From NCBI GenBank assembly GCA_050948905.1, contig JBMNES010000001.1, positions 2,592,083-2,656,082 on the forward strand: a stretch of DNA of 64,000 bases, in the 5' to 3' direction. Numbering within the stretch: position 1 is the first letter of the stretch; each line of letters starts with the position of its first letter. The translations under genes and the position numbers were made by a program. The DNA comes from Armatimonadota bacterium. Its GTDB lineage: Bacteria > Armatimonadota > UBA5829. A model generated the notes under the pieces. It saw only the letters and a list, made by a program, of their open reading frames with translations. It was not told the DNA's origin and did no database searches. Shown in pieces: positions 27,617 to 37,370 of the stretch.

Positions 27617-28765
27617 TTAGCCTACAGCCTGCCATTTCCCGGACTCTGATGAGGCAACGGCCGCGTCGCATATTCTCTGCACCGCAAGACCATCTTCAAA
27701 CGACGGATAGCCGGGCTTGCCGCTTGCTACATTAGAGACGAACGAATGCAGACTTTCGATGTGAAAGCGCATCCAACCGACTGGCGCCTTTGCTCCCGGC
27801 AGCATCGCAGGTGCAGGGTAGCCTTGTATACACTCGATGCGCTGCCAGCCGCGATCCCCTCCATAAGCCCCGCCGGATTTTGAATCGTCATAGACCGAAA
27901 GCCAGTTCGCGTCCATTAAATTAAACGCTATGGAGCCTTTTGTACCCTCGATTTCAAAGCGCAGATCGTCAGTGGAGCCGGTCGCCATTCGGGAGACTTC
28001 GATAGATCCCAAAGCACCGTTAGGCAATTCGATAAGCATATTGGCAATATCATCGACTGTGACGTCTTCGAGTTCGGAACTGCCTGCGGACTTCGGTCGT
28101 TGTTTAATCAGAGTGCGAAGTCGGGCGTTAATTTTGCTGAAATCCCCAACCAGCCAGCGCATCATATCAATAACGTGGGTTCCGAGATCGAGTAACGCGC
28201 CCGCGCCACTGGTCTCTTTCCTCATTTTCCAACTCATCGGGCGCTGTGGATCGTTGTATCCAGTATGCAAATACACTGCTCTAAATGAAATAACTTCGCC
28301 GAGGAAACCATCTTCCACCAGTTGCCGGGCGCGTAAGACTGCGGGGCAGAATCTGTTGTGAAAAGTCACCTGACAAGTAAGGCCCGACTCCTTCGCAATC
28401 GCAACCATCTCCTCAGCCTCAGCAGCGGTCAATGCGAGCGGCTTGTCACAATAGACGTGCTTGCCAGCCTTGATAGCGGCTATGGCTTGCTCCTTATGAA
28501 GGTAGTTTGGAGTGCATATATTGACCAGAGAAATATCGTCACGCGCCAGCAGTTCGTTGTAGTCCGAAGTAGTAAACTCGTAACCACCACTCTGCATGGC
28601 AAGCTCTCGACTACCATCACTCAAAGCACACGCCCCAACCAGCCTGATCCGAGGCTGAGGGGGGCTGTAAATATAAGGCAAAGATGCATAAGCATAACTA
28701 TGCATTTTGCCCATAAATCCATAACCGATCATCCCGACGCCGAGGGTAGGTTGTTGTTTGGTCAT
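27617..28765 (-). CDS. Gfo/Idh/MocA family NAD(P)-dependent oxidoreductase
   Basis: 382 aa; GVGMIGYGFMGKMH Rossmann start, KHVYCDKPLALT consensus (EKP motif variant). Confidence 0.8.
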   Translation of the reverse strand: MTKQQPTLGVGMIGYGFMGKMHSYAYASLPYIYSPPQPRIRLVGACALSDGSRELAMQSGGYEFTTSDYNELLARDDISLVNICTPNYLHKEQAIAAIKAGKHVYCDKPLALTAAEAEEMVAIAKESGLTCQVTFHNRFCPAVLRARQLVEDGFLGEVISFRAVYLHTGYNDPQRPMSWKMRKETSGAGALLDLGTHVIDMMRWLVGDFSKINARLRTLIKQRPKSAGSSELEDVTVDDIANMLIELPNGALGSIEVSRMATGSTDDLRFEIEGTKGSIAFNLMDANWLSVYDDSKSGGAYGGDRGWQRIECIQGYPAPAMLPGAKAPVGWMRFHIESLHSFVSNVASGKPGYPSFEDGLAVQRICDAAVASSESGKWQAVG

Positions 28766-28767
28766 AT

Positions 28768-31617
28768 TTACTCCTCCGCAGTCAACGCCAAAAGGAATGG
28801 CGATGCTTCGGGGTGATTTGTTATGAAGTCTATGCTTTTGACTTTAAGATCTGGATTTGGATTTTTCCAGGTGAACTCTACTACACCTATCGCTCGATCG
28901 TCCCTGGCTTTGTTGCGCCACGCAAATCCGTAAGTCAGGGCGGTGGATTGGTCGTCCCAGGCTGATATGTCTCTGGGATAGGACAGCCCGACGGTTTCTG
29001 TCTTGCCATCCTCATAGTGGATGATATAACTGGCCGCTTTGGAGTAACGTTCTGCGCCGTGTGCGCATCCGTGCAGGAAATGCAGCGCTGTGACTTTTTG
29101 GTCGACTTCTATGCCTTCAACACGCTTCGGAAACGATTTTGGCATAGCTCTGCCGCCCAGCATCACAACCGAGGCCGTGTCCGTCTTTGCCGGCAGTATC
29201 AGATACGGAACGCCCTCCATCCATACTGTGCCTTCCGGAATCTGCCGCAGATCGATGCTGTGGCCATAACCCAGCCACCCGACTGATCGACCTGAATCCG
29301 CACGAGATATATTGCAGTGCTTGTCGAGTCTGATAACGCTATAATCCGGCTGGCGCATCGGCTGGTCGCCGAACCACATCTTGTTAAATATCGTGTCCGG
29401 TCTGTAAGGCAGTGAGTCCAGAGTCGGCCGGCTCGGATTCCAGGCCCAGGCTGCAGCTAATATGTAAGCATAAAGCTGATGCGGGTCGTTTTTCAAAGTC
29501 GTCTGTTCATCAGCCCAGCCAGTCCAGGTGGTGTGCAACATCCCCAGTATCCTGCGATTGTCAGCATACTTGGAAAGCAGCGTTATATTTCGCGGGTCAT
29601 ACCACGTGCAACCGACGACCGTAAATCCATAAGATTGATAGAGATCAATCGATGGATATTCAGGCTCTGGAGAATAGCGCCAATCGTTGATGAGTATGTC
29701 TTTAGGCACATCGTCCAGCAGTTCACGGTAGTCGTTGCGCGACAGCATATCCCCCCAAATCATCATCTTGCAGCCCTTTGACTTCAGATGGTCGTAGATC
29801 TTCCGGATATGGTCGACATATAGCCTCTGCTTGCCAATCGCCTTGCACTTTTCGTCATAGGGGATGACCCCGCGCATATCGAACTCATCATGCCCGGCAT
29901 GCACGTATTCAGGATGGCCGAAAAGCTCAATCGCCTCGTCCATCAGTTCATAAACGAGCTTATACGACTCCGGGTTTGACATACAATAGCAGTAAGGATC
30001 GTTGGGGTCCTCGGCCAAATGGCGGTTTTCAGGCGCATTCAGCGCATAGGTGAAATGTCCAGGACACTGCACCAGCGGAGTGACCGTTATGTGATGACGA
30101 CGCGCAATTTCGAGCAGTTTCGGGATATCCTCACGCGGCATACATGTCTTGGGATTTACTATCTCCGGATGACTCTTCCATTCGATATTGTCGATTTGCA
30201 GCACGATGTGATTGACCTTAAGCGGAGCCAGCACATTCGTGATCAGCTTGCCCAGATACGAAAGCCCGTCGCGCGTGGCGAGCAGATGAACGCCTCTGAA
30301 TTGGAACTTTGGAGCGTCACGCACGGTAACGGCGGGCACGCAGATCGTGCCGTCATCATTCTTTTTTAGCAACTGCTTGAGTGATTGCACACCGTAGAAC
30401 GTGTTGACTACGGACGTCCCGCAAATCGCCGCGTATTCCGGCACGACATTCATCGCATAGGCGCCGTTTTCCTTGCCTATTCGTGGCAGAAAGAGATAGT
30501 CTTTTCTACAGATATCCTCAAGCAATTGGTTACGGTCGCCTTCGCCGATTATAATGGCGTTGCGCACGCGCGAGGGGTCTTGCTCCGCCACAGATGACCG
30601 TACCACGCTCAGACGCCTGCCACCCAGTTGTTCGATGGCATCGTTGATCTGATCCGCAGCCCACAAATCTGCCTCTTCGGCATCTGAGTTCACGATTATT
30701 CTGGTGTCGGGTTTGATTATAAACGCATTTGAACGGTGATATCTGAACTCAACCGGTTCGGGTATTATGTGCATACCCTTTGGCACAGGAGCAGCTTCAG
30801 TCACTGCCTCAGCACCTACCGGGGCAGAAGAGTCTGACTCCAGTAGCAGAGGATCCCCACGAAACAGAGTGAACCTGGCTCTCTGCCCATCCGAAGGCGC
30901 CAGTTTTCCAAACGAAGAATAGGTGGCATATTTGGCCGGCACCGCCGACCAACTGCTCAGTTCACCTAACCGAATCTCGTTTCGGCACAGATTGATTCGC
31001 CAGAAAGCATCGTTTCTTCCTGCGGGCCGCAGCATCTTGAACGGTATCGCCATCTCCGCGATCCACCGGTCATCCATTTTGGAGACTGCTGCGTTCCAGA
31101 CATCATTCCTCATCTCCCAACCGGGCTGCACGTAGGTTTTTGCGCCGGCCACATTGATCGAGAAATGATGACAGTTGCCTGCATCAGCGACTGTGTTCGG
31201 GGAAATGTAAACCTCGATAGAGTCGTCCTGCCAAACAGGCTCATTGTCAATGCTGTACTCCGCTTTGACCTTATCCATCTGATCCTCAAAACATTCAAAG
31301 GCCAGATAGAGAGTATTCTTATCGTAGCAGAGCCGCACCCTGGTCTGCTGGCTTGCCATCTCACCCGACTGCACGAGCTTGAAATCGCCGACGGTCGCTG
31401 CGTTTCTCCAAGCCAGTTCGCCAATTTTCCCATCTACTTTTAGTGATTGGTCGATATATGCCGGCGTCACGACCAGCATTCCAGATTCATCAGTTCCTAT
31501 TGAGACTTCCATTGTGCCTCCAATCGCATGAGAACTAAATCCGACAATCAACACAAACGCGGCCATTACCGCACTGGTTGCAGTAACAATATTGAATTTA
31601 TGTGCAATCCATGTCAA
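28768..31617 (-). CDS. secreted glycoside hydrolase family 20-like (beta-N-acetylhexosaminidase-type) protein with N-terminal CBM9/DOMON-like module
   Basis: 949 aa; signal peptide-like N-terminus; VRDAPKFQFRGVHLLATRDG is the GH20 catalytic-domain entry motif; TIM-barrel region with HAGHDEF; N-terminal carbohydrate-binding-like domain. Confidence 0.55.
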   Translation of the reverse strand: MTWIAHKFNIVTATSAVMAAFVLIVGFSSHAIGGTMEVSIGTDESGMLVVTPAYIDQSLKVDGKIGELAWRNAATVGDFKLVQSGEMASQQTRVRLCYDKNTLYLAFECFEDQMDKVKAEYSIDNEPVWQDDSIEVYISPNTVADAGNCHHFSINVAGAKTYVQPGWEMRNDVWNAAVSKMDDRWIAEMAIPFKMLRPAGRNDAFWRINLCRNEIRLGELSSWSAVPAKYATYSSFGKLAPSDGQRARFTLFRGDPLLLESDSSAPVGAEAVTEAAPVPKGMHIIPEPVEFRYHRSNAFIIKPDTRIIVNSDAEEADLWAADQINDAIEQLGGRRLSVVRSSVAEQDPSRVRNAIIIGEGDRNQLLEDICRKDYLFLPRIGKENGAYAMNVVPEYAAICGTSVVNTFYGVQSLKQLLKKNDDGTICVPAVTVRDAPKFQFRGVHLLATRDGLSYLGKLITNVLAPLKVNHIVLQIDNIEWKSHPEIVNPKTCMPREDIPKLLEIARRHHITVTPLVQCPGHFTYALNAPENRHLAEDPNDPYCYCMSNPESYKLVYELMDEAIELFGHPEYVHAGHDEFDMRGVIPYDEKCKAIGKQRLYVDHIRKIYDHLKSKGCKMMIWGDMLSRNDYRELLDDVPKDILINDWRYSPEPEYPSIDLYQSYGFTVVGCTWYDPRNITLLSKYADNRRILGMLHTTWTGWADEQTTLKNDPHQLYAYILAAAWAWNPSRPTLDSLPYRPDTIFNKMWFGDQPMRQPDYSVIRLDKHCNISRADSGRSVGWLGYGHSIDLRQIPEGTVWMEGVPYLILPAKTDTASVVMLGGRAMPKSFPKRVEGIEVDQKVTALHFLHGCAHGAERYSKAASYIIHYEDGKTETVGLSYPRDISAWDDQSTALTYGFAWRNKARDDRAIGVVEFTWKNPNPDLKVKSIDFITNHPEASPFLLALTAEE

Positions 31618-31629
31618 CCCACGCCTCTA

Positions 31630-34284
31630 TCAGCCGCCCAGTGCCTGCTTTCGTTCGATCAACTTCAGCTTCTTTTCATTCAACTCGGCAACGATTCTGC
31701 GTTCTTTGTCGATAATAGCAGCAGGGGCTTTCGACACGAACTGCTCGTTGGACAACTTGGCCTCGTGCGGTGCAAGCTCCTTCACGATAGCTTCAAGCTC
31801 CGCAGTAACACGAGATAGTTCTCTATCAACGTCGATGACTCCTGCTACTTCCACATATAAATCAATGCCAGGTAGATGGGCAGACAGGCATTTGCTCTTC
31901 TCCACATCGGTGAGCGACTCAACGAACGTGATGTCGCCAATTCTGGACAGCGACTTGACAGACGAAGAGTTCCGCTCTATCAGGCTTCTTGTCAGCGTAT
32001 CGGCAACTACCGTTATATCGACCTGTTTACCAGGGTTGACACCAAGTTCGGCGCGCAGGTTACGTACCGAACGGACTATATCCATAACAACGCCCATCTC
32101 CCGTTCAGCTTCGTCATCAATTGCAGGCAGGTCGGCTTCGGGATAAGCCGCCAGCATTATGCTCTCCCCTTCGTGCGGCAAGGCCTGCCAAATCTGTTCT
32201 GTGATAAACGGAGTAATGGGATGCAGCAGGCGCATCGTCGTCTCGAGAACGTGATACAGGGTATTGCGCGCTTCATTCTTCTCCTGGTCAGCTCCACGGA
32301 GCCGGGGCTTGGCCAGCTCAATGTACCAATCGCAGAACTCGCTCCAGATGAACTCATAAAGAGCGTTTGAGGCGTCGTCGATGTCGTATGTGGCCAGCGA
32401 CTCGTTCACCGTGTGAATAGTGCGGTTCAGGCGAGAGAGAATCCATTTATCCGCCAGTTCTGATCCGAGTTGATCCCTGTCCGGAGTAAAGCCCTCCAAG
32501 TGCATCATAACGAACCGGGAGGCGTTCCACACCTTGTTACCAAAGTTGCGGACGTTTTCTACTCGTTTGTCGGAGAATCGAATGTCCTGATTTTTCCCAG
32601 CCTGTTGCATAAGCGCGAATCTAAGGGCGTCTGCACCGAATTTGTCGATCAGATCGAGAGGATCAACCCCCGTGCCCAAGGATTTGCTCATACGCTTGCC
32701 CTCTTCGTTGAGGACCGTGGCGTAGATGTAGACATCCTTAAAGGGGATCTGCTCGAGATATTCCAGGCTGGAGAATATCATTCTGGCTACCCAAAGGTAT
32801 ATGATCTCTCGCGCGGTGACCAGCACATCGGTGGGGTAGAAATAGTCGAGTTCCGGTGTGTTCTGAGGCCAACCGAGGGTGGCGAACGGCCATAGCGCGG
32901 ATGAGAACCACGTGTCAAGGACGTCGGGGTCCTGAGTTACGTTCGAACTGCCGCACTTCGAGCAGGCTTCCAGGCTGGTTTTGGCTGCAGTATACTGCCC
33001 ACAGTCCTCGCATTTCCACACAGGAATGCGATGACCCCACCAGAGTTGCCGTGAGATACACCAGTCGCGGATGTTCTCCATCCAGTCGATGTAGATGGAT
33101 GCGTAACGCTCTGGATAAAACTTGACCTTGCCCTGTTTAACGACGTCTATGGCCGGCCCAGCCAGTTCCTTCATTTTGCAGAACCACTGCTCGGATAACA
33201 GAGGCTCAATGGTGGTATGGCATCGCTCGCATGTGCCGACGGAGTGGGAGTAGTCCTCGATTTTCTCCATTAGGCCCTGTGCTTCGAGGTTTTCGACAAC
33301 CTTTTCGCGAGCAACAAATCGATCCAGCCCTTCGTAGTCGACGCCGGCTTCCTGAGTCATTGCTCCATCCGGGCCGATGACCACGACCTGCGGCAAGTTG
33401 TGCCTGAGCCCTATCTCAAAGTCGTTGGGATCATGGGCCGGAGTGACCTTCACGGCGCCGGTTCCAAACTCCATATCTACAAATTCGTCTGCGACAATCG
33501 GGATTACCCGGTCGGTAAGTGGTAACTTTACTTTCTTGCCGATTTTGTCCTCATATCGAGCGTCAGCAGGGTTCACTGCGACTGCGGTATCGCCAAGCAT
33601 CGTCTCCGGACGTGTTGTTGCTACTACAACGTAGCCGGACCCATCCTCGTACGGATAGCGCAGATGCCACAGGTGACTGTGCTGCTCGACGTATTCGACT
33701 TCGATATCGGAAATCGCGGTGTGGCATCGTGGGCACCAGTTGATTACTCTCGCCCCGCGATAGATCAGTCCCTTATTAAATAACCTTACGAACGATTCCA
33801 GCACGGCGTCGACATAGCCTTCGTCCATCGTAAAGCGCTCTCGCGACCAGTCGAACGAGAATCCCATAGTCTTGAACTGGTGCAGAATCTGGCCGCCGTA
33901 TTCTTCCTTCCATGCCCATACTCGCTTTAGAAACTCGTCTCTGCCCAGGTCGTGACGGGAAAGCCCCTGCTCGGCGATTTGCTGCTCGACCTTGTTTTGA
34001 GTCGCTATCCCTGCGTGATCAGTACCGGGGAGGCATAGAGTTTCGTAGCCCTGCATACGCTTCCATCGTGTCAATACATCCTGAATCGTATAGCACAAAG
34101 CATGGCCGATATGAAGGGAGCCGGTGACGTTAGGAGGAGGGATGGTGATGCAATATTCGGGTTTACCTTCTCTAACTTCAGCGTGAAAATAGTTGTTATC
34201 CAGCCAGTATTCGTACCATTTTTTCTCCACTTGCGCAGGGTCGTATACTGTTGGCAGTTGTTGGGTATTGTTGGTCATATTCAC
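31630..34284 (-). CDS. valS: valine--tRNA ligase
   Basis: 884 aa; PPPNVTGSLHIGHA (HIGH), KMSKSLGT (KMSKS), C-terminal coiled coil. Confidence 0.95.
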   Translation of the reverse strand: MNMTNNTQQLPTVYDPAQVEKKWYEYWLDNNYFHAEVREGKPEYCITIPPPNVTGSLHIGHALCYTIQDVLTRWKRMQGYETLCLPGTDHAGIATQNKVEQQIAEQGLSRHDLGRDEFLKRVWAWKEEYGGQILHQFKTMGFSFDWSRERFTMDEGYVDAVLESFVRLFNKGLIYRGARVINWCPRCHTAISDIEVEYVEQHSHLWHLRYPYEDGSGYVVVATTRPETMLGDTAVAVNPADARYEDKIGKKVKLPLTDRVIPIVADEFVDMEFGTGAVKVTPAHDPNDFEIGLRHNLPQVVVIGPDGAMTQEAGVDYEGLDRFVAREKVVENLEAQGLMEKIEDYSHSVGTCERCHTTIEPLLSEQWFCKMKELAGPAIDVVKQGKVKFYPERYASIYIDWMENIRDWCISRQLWWGHRIPVWKCEDCGQYTAAKTSLEACSKCGSSNVTQDPDVLDTWFSSALWPFATLGWPQNTPELDYFYPTDVLVTAREIIYLWVARMIFSSLEYLEQIPFKDVYIYATVLNEEGKRMSKSLGTGVDPLDLIDKFGADALRFALMQQAGKNQDIRFSDKRVENVRNFGNKVWNASRFVMMHLEGFTPDRDQLGSELADKWILSRLNRTIHTVNESLATYDIDDASNALYEFIWSEFCDWYIELAKPRLRGADQEKNEARNTLYHVLETTMRLLHPITPFITEQIWQALPHEGESIMLAAYPEADLPAIDDEAEREMGVVMDIVRSVRNLRAELGVNPGKQVDITVVADTLTRSLIERNSSSVKSLSRIGDITFVESLTDVEKSKCLSAHLPGIDLYVEVAGVIDVDRELSRVTAELEAIVKELAPHEAKLSNEQFVSKAPAAIIDKERRIVAELNEKKLKLIERKQALGG

Positions 34285-34319
34285 TCTCCAGGCCCCGAGC
34301 GGGGAGCCGGCTCATCCTC

Positions 34320-34874
34320 CTATATCTGTTCGACGAAATATTTATCCCGGCGCAGCGCGAACCAGCTACCGAGAGTAAATCCCCAGAAGCCAGCCAGCGC
34401 TATCGCAAATATCATAACTTCATAAGCGGTTGCTATTATCTCTTGGGAGGGGTAGTTCTCGATGTTGTCCCTCATAACGCTCAGGATAATTCCACACAGC
34501 AACACTGCTCCCAATACAGCCATCCCGGTGCTCAATACGGCATTTAGCAGCCAGGCGCGTTTTTTGCCTAATCGCATCCACGGAAACTGTGTCGACAGAG
34601 CCGCAGCAATCAAACCAAATACGACACTACCTACCCCGGCAATAATCGAATAGAGAATCCGCCCCTGAGCTAGATCGACTACCGGTTCGTAATAGGCAAA
34701 ACTCACGATTACGGACACTATTATGGCCGGCACGCACCATAAAGCCGTGCGAACCCAGAACCATTCTCGCGCCTCCGCATAGCTGACTTTTTCCAAACGA
34801 TTATCCCCTATAACTAAGCCCCCGTCGCCTGTATCAAGGACGACAGGGGCTGTAATCCCGCTGCGTGGTACCAC
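34320..34874 (-). CDS. hypothetical membrane protein (GTG start)
   Basis: 184 aa, 4-5 TM helices; first in-frame start is GTG at 34874 preceded by GGGTGGGGGA; in-frame TAG four codons upstream. Confidence 0.45.
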   Translation of the reverse strand: MVPRSGITAPVVLDTGDGGLVIGDNRLEKVSYAEAREWFWVRTALWCVPAIIVSVIVSFAYYEPVVDLAQGRILYSIIAGVGSVVFGLIAAALSTQFPWMRLGKKRAWLLNAVLSTGMAVLGAVLLCGIILSVMRDNIENYPSQEIIATAYEVMIFAIALAGFWGFTLGSWFALRRDKYFVEQI

Positions 34875-35153
34875 CTTGTTTCCCCCACCCTACAGGCGAG
34901 GCTCAAACAGCTATCACGGGCTTACCCGGCGGGTTCTACTGAGCTTAATAACCGTTCTTCCCGCGGCTGCAGGACGACGTTCGGAGGAGACCCACCAGAA
35001 GCTCGCACCATAAGTCATCTCAGACTCCGCTTCCTCTCTGAGGCAGTCTACAACCTACTCTTTCCTGCAATAGCCTTGACAATATTTTACCTGCTTATTC
35101 TAACTGAACGACTTCAGTTTGTAAAGCCGACCTCAGGCAGGGTTGACTGTTGA

Positions 35154-35846
35154 TTATCTAAACTGCAGGCCGTTTTCTAATTTATCAAAAGCCGCCGAAT
35201 ACGCGCCCAGCGACCCACTTTTTGCGCGTTCCAGGATCACGATCCTAATCGGAGCGTCTACGCCCACGATTTTCATTGCGCTGCCGCCTATTGAGACTGA
35301 GTATTTATAAGCGCTGTGTCCAGCGATCGTCGCATCACCCTGGCTTGTCACTTTGCCGTTATTAGCAAAAGTCTCGAGGGCAGCATCGGCTATCTCCCTT
35401 GCAGTAGTGGCCGAAGGGTTTGGCGGATGCACCTCGAATCGTCCATTGCCGTCGGTTATCACAGCAGATGAGCCTGAAGAACGCAGATCGATACCCCACT
35501 TTTCGGGATAGGTGATTACTACGCCGCCGAAGACCGTAATCGACTTAGCTCCGCCTGCAGAGCTCTGTGCGGCTGGCTGAGTTGGCGCAGTCGGCGCGGG
35601 AGCGGCGGGCGCGGGAGGCGGAGGAGCTTCTGACGAGACGTCGGCCGGAGGCATTTGATCCGGGGGCATCATTGCTGGATCGGTCGCCGTTTGATCCTGT
35701 TGGGGAATCGGCGCCTCGGTGCCGCGGTTAGCGAAGAAATTGCTGTAAACCATCCAGCCAACAGCAATGACGATCACCACCACTAATACAACTGCCACCA
35801 GCGTCTGTTTGTCTTTCATCGGTCCACTACTAATATCAAGCTTCAT
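35154..35846 (-). CDS. hypothetical membrane-anchored protein with proline-rich linker
   Basis: 230 aa; N-terminal TM (LVAVVLVVVIVIAVGWMVY), PPPPAPAAPAPTAPTQP linker, about 130-aa C-terminal domain; probable start at internal MKDKQT (35819). Confidence 0.45.
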   Translation of the reverse strand: MKLDISSGPMKDKQTLVAVVLVVVIVIAVGWMVYSNFFANRGTEAPIPQQDQTATDPAMMPPDQMPPADVSSEAPPPPAPAAPAPTAPTQPAAQSSAGGAKSITVFGGVVITYPEKWGIDLRSSGSSAVITDGNGRFEVHPPNPSATTAREIADAALETFANNGKVTSQGDATIAGHSAYKYSVSIGGSAMKIVGVDAPIRIVILERAKSGSLGAYSAAFDKLENGLQFR

Positions 35847-35919
35847 TTGCTGCGTGTATCCTCACAATATTATCCAGAACATGCTATCAGGCCGAGGCCA
35901 TCTCCGCAATAGCCCGTTG

Positions 35920-37227
35920 TCAACAGCCTTCAGACAACCTCTCGATTTGTTTCTTCGTGCGATTCGCGAGTTCTTCAATCGGTGTCTGCATAAAGCCCTG
36001 CACTCCGCTGTCCAGTTTCCCACCAAGAGGCGCGATCCATTTATCAGGCAGGTTCTTAGCCCCTAACGCCGCTCCGATGATGCTGCCTGCTGTAGCCCCG
36101 TTGCAGTCGGTATCCATACCCTGCATCACCGAAATACACGCGACCTTTTCGTAATCCGGCCAGCCATACAGCAGCGCGATGAGGACGATTGCGAGGTTAT
36201 TATTCGTATGCACCCAGCTGTATTTGCCGTAGTAGGTTTGCAGCATTTTATCGAACGCCTCTTCCCATCCAGCACATTCTTCGTGCCATTTCAGGCAATC
36301 GGCGACCGTTTCGGCCAGGCGACAATGGGACGGAATCTGGCCCAGGCCTGCCTCGATTATCTGCGACAGATTGTCGGTGGCTAAAGCCGCGCTTATCATT
36401 GCCGCACACATCATCTCCCCGTATATTCCGTTTTTGATATGTGACAAAGCGGCATCACGCCACGCGAACTCGGCGGCTTTTTCCGGGTTTCCTGGAGCAC
36501 AATAACCCCAAAAGTCCGCGCGAATCTGAGCGCCGATCCATTCGCGATACGGATTGAGATACATAGCCGCTTCATAAATCGGAAGACAATTTACCAGATT
36601 CATATACGCCTGCTTCTCAGCAGTGCATACGTGGTGATACGGCAGATTGCTCAGCCACCAGTGTCCTACGTCGGCGGTGGTGAACTCCGGGCCTTTCTCC
36701 TCCATTATCTTCAGGCCCATTATGGTATAGTTGGTGTCGTCATCGGACAGAGCGTGATCCCACAATCCTCGCACGGAATTTCCGCGAATGTGAGCCTTTA
36801 ATTCGTCTGACATATTAGCGGTAGGCTGAGGAACATAATTCGACATCGGATACTCCCCTGCTGCCTCCAGATATTCGCGAATTAACTCCTTCGACCAGCC
36901 CTCCACCGGCTTGCCCAGCATACAGCCGGCGATTCGACCGAGCCACGCACCATGTACTCTGTCCAGCAAATCTGCATTGACTTTTATATCCCAGCGCCTG
37001 TCCAAACTCGGCCGTGCGCTGCGAATTCCTGCCAGATGAGAAGGCTCCACATACGGAAAATCCGGCGTTATCGGGAGATGCCGCAGGTCCCAATATATCT
37101 GCATCAGGTCCTGCTCGCTCTGGGATTTCTGCCATCTCTCATCGTAGCCAGATACATCGCAGCCCTCTTCTGAGCGCTGTGTGATTTCTTCTTTTATCAA
37201 GTTGCGTAAATTTGTCCAGCCCGGCAT
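35920..37227 (-). CDS. ADP-ribosylglycohydrolase family protein with N-terminal extension
   Basis: 435 aa; RVHGAWLGRIAGCMLGKPVEGW and MQGMDTDCNGATAGSIIGAALG are ARH/DraG family blocks including the metal-binding D-T-D. Confidence 0.75.
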   Translation of the reverse strand: MPGWTNLRNLIKEEITQRSEEGCDVSGYDERWQKSQSEQDLMQIYWDLRHLPITPDFPYVEPSHLAGIRSARPSLDRRWDIKVNADLLDRVHGAWLGRIAGCMLGKPVEGWSKELIREYLEAAGEYPMSNYVPQPTANMSDELKAHIRGNSVRGLWDHALSDDDTNYTIMGLKIMEEKGPEFTTADVGHWWLSNLPYHHVCTAEKQAYMNLVNCLPIYEAAMYLNPYREWIGAQIRADFWGYCAPGNPEKAAEFAWRDAALSHIKNGIYGEMMCAAMISAALATDNLSQIIEAGLGQIPSHCRLAETVADCLKWHEECAGWEEAFDKMLQTYYGKYSWVHTNNNLAIVLIALLYGWPDYEKVACISVMQGMDTDCNGATAGSIIGAALGAKNLPDKWIAPLGGKLDSGVQGFMQTPIEELANRTKKQIERLSEGC

Positions 37228-37370
37228 CTTATCACCTCTCCAATATAAGCCATTCCACCGATATGAACACTACGGCCGTAGCTTTTCGGCCCAACAATAC
37301 CGACATTATGCCAGATATCTGCAACGTCGATCAATAGACGTGGAACACATTGTAGCTGGTATACGTATTT

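Noticed and set aside
34875-35153. Tested the 279-bp spacer against remembered cores of RNase P RNA, SRP RNA and tmRNA
   Set aside because: Only a short AGAACCCG coincidence with the RNase P P4 region; no GGAAAGUCCGG, no SRP domain IV, no tmRNA tag or T-arm; left as an unexplained leader/spacer
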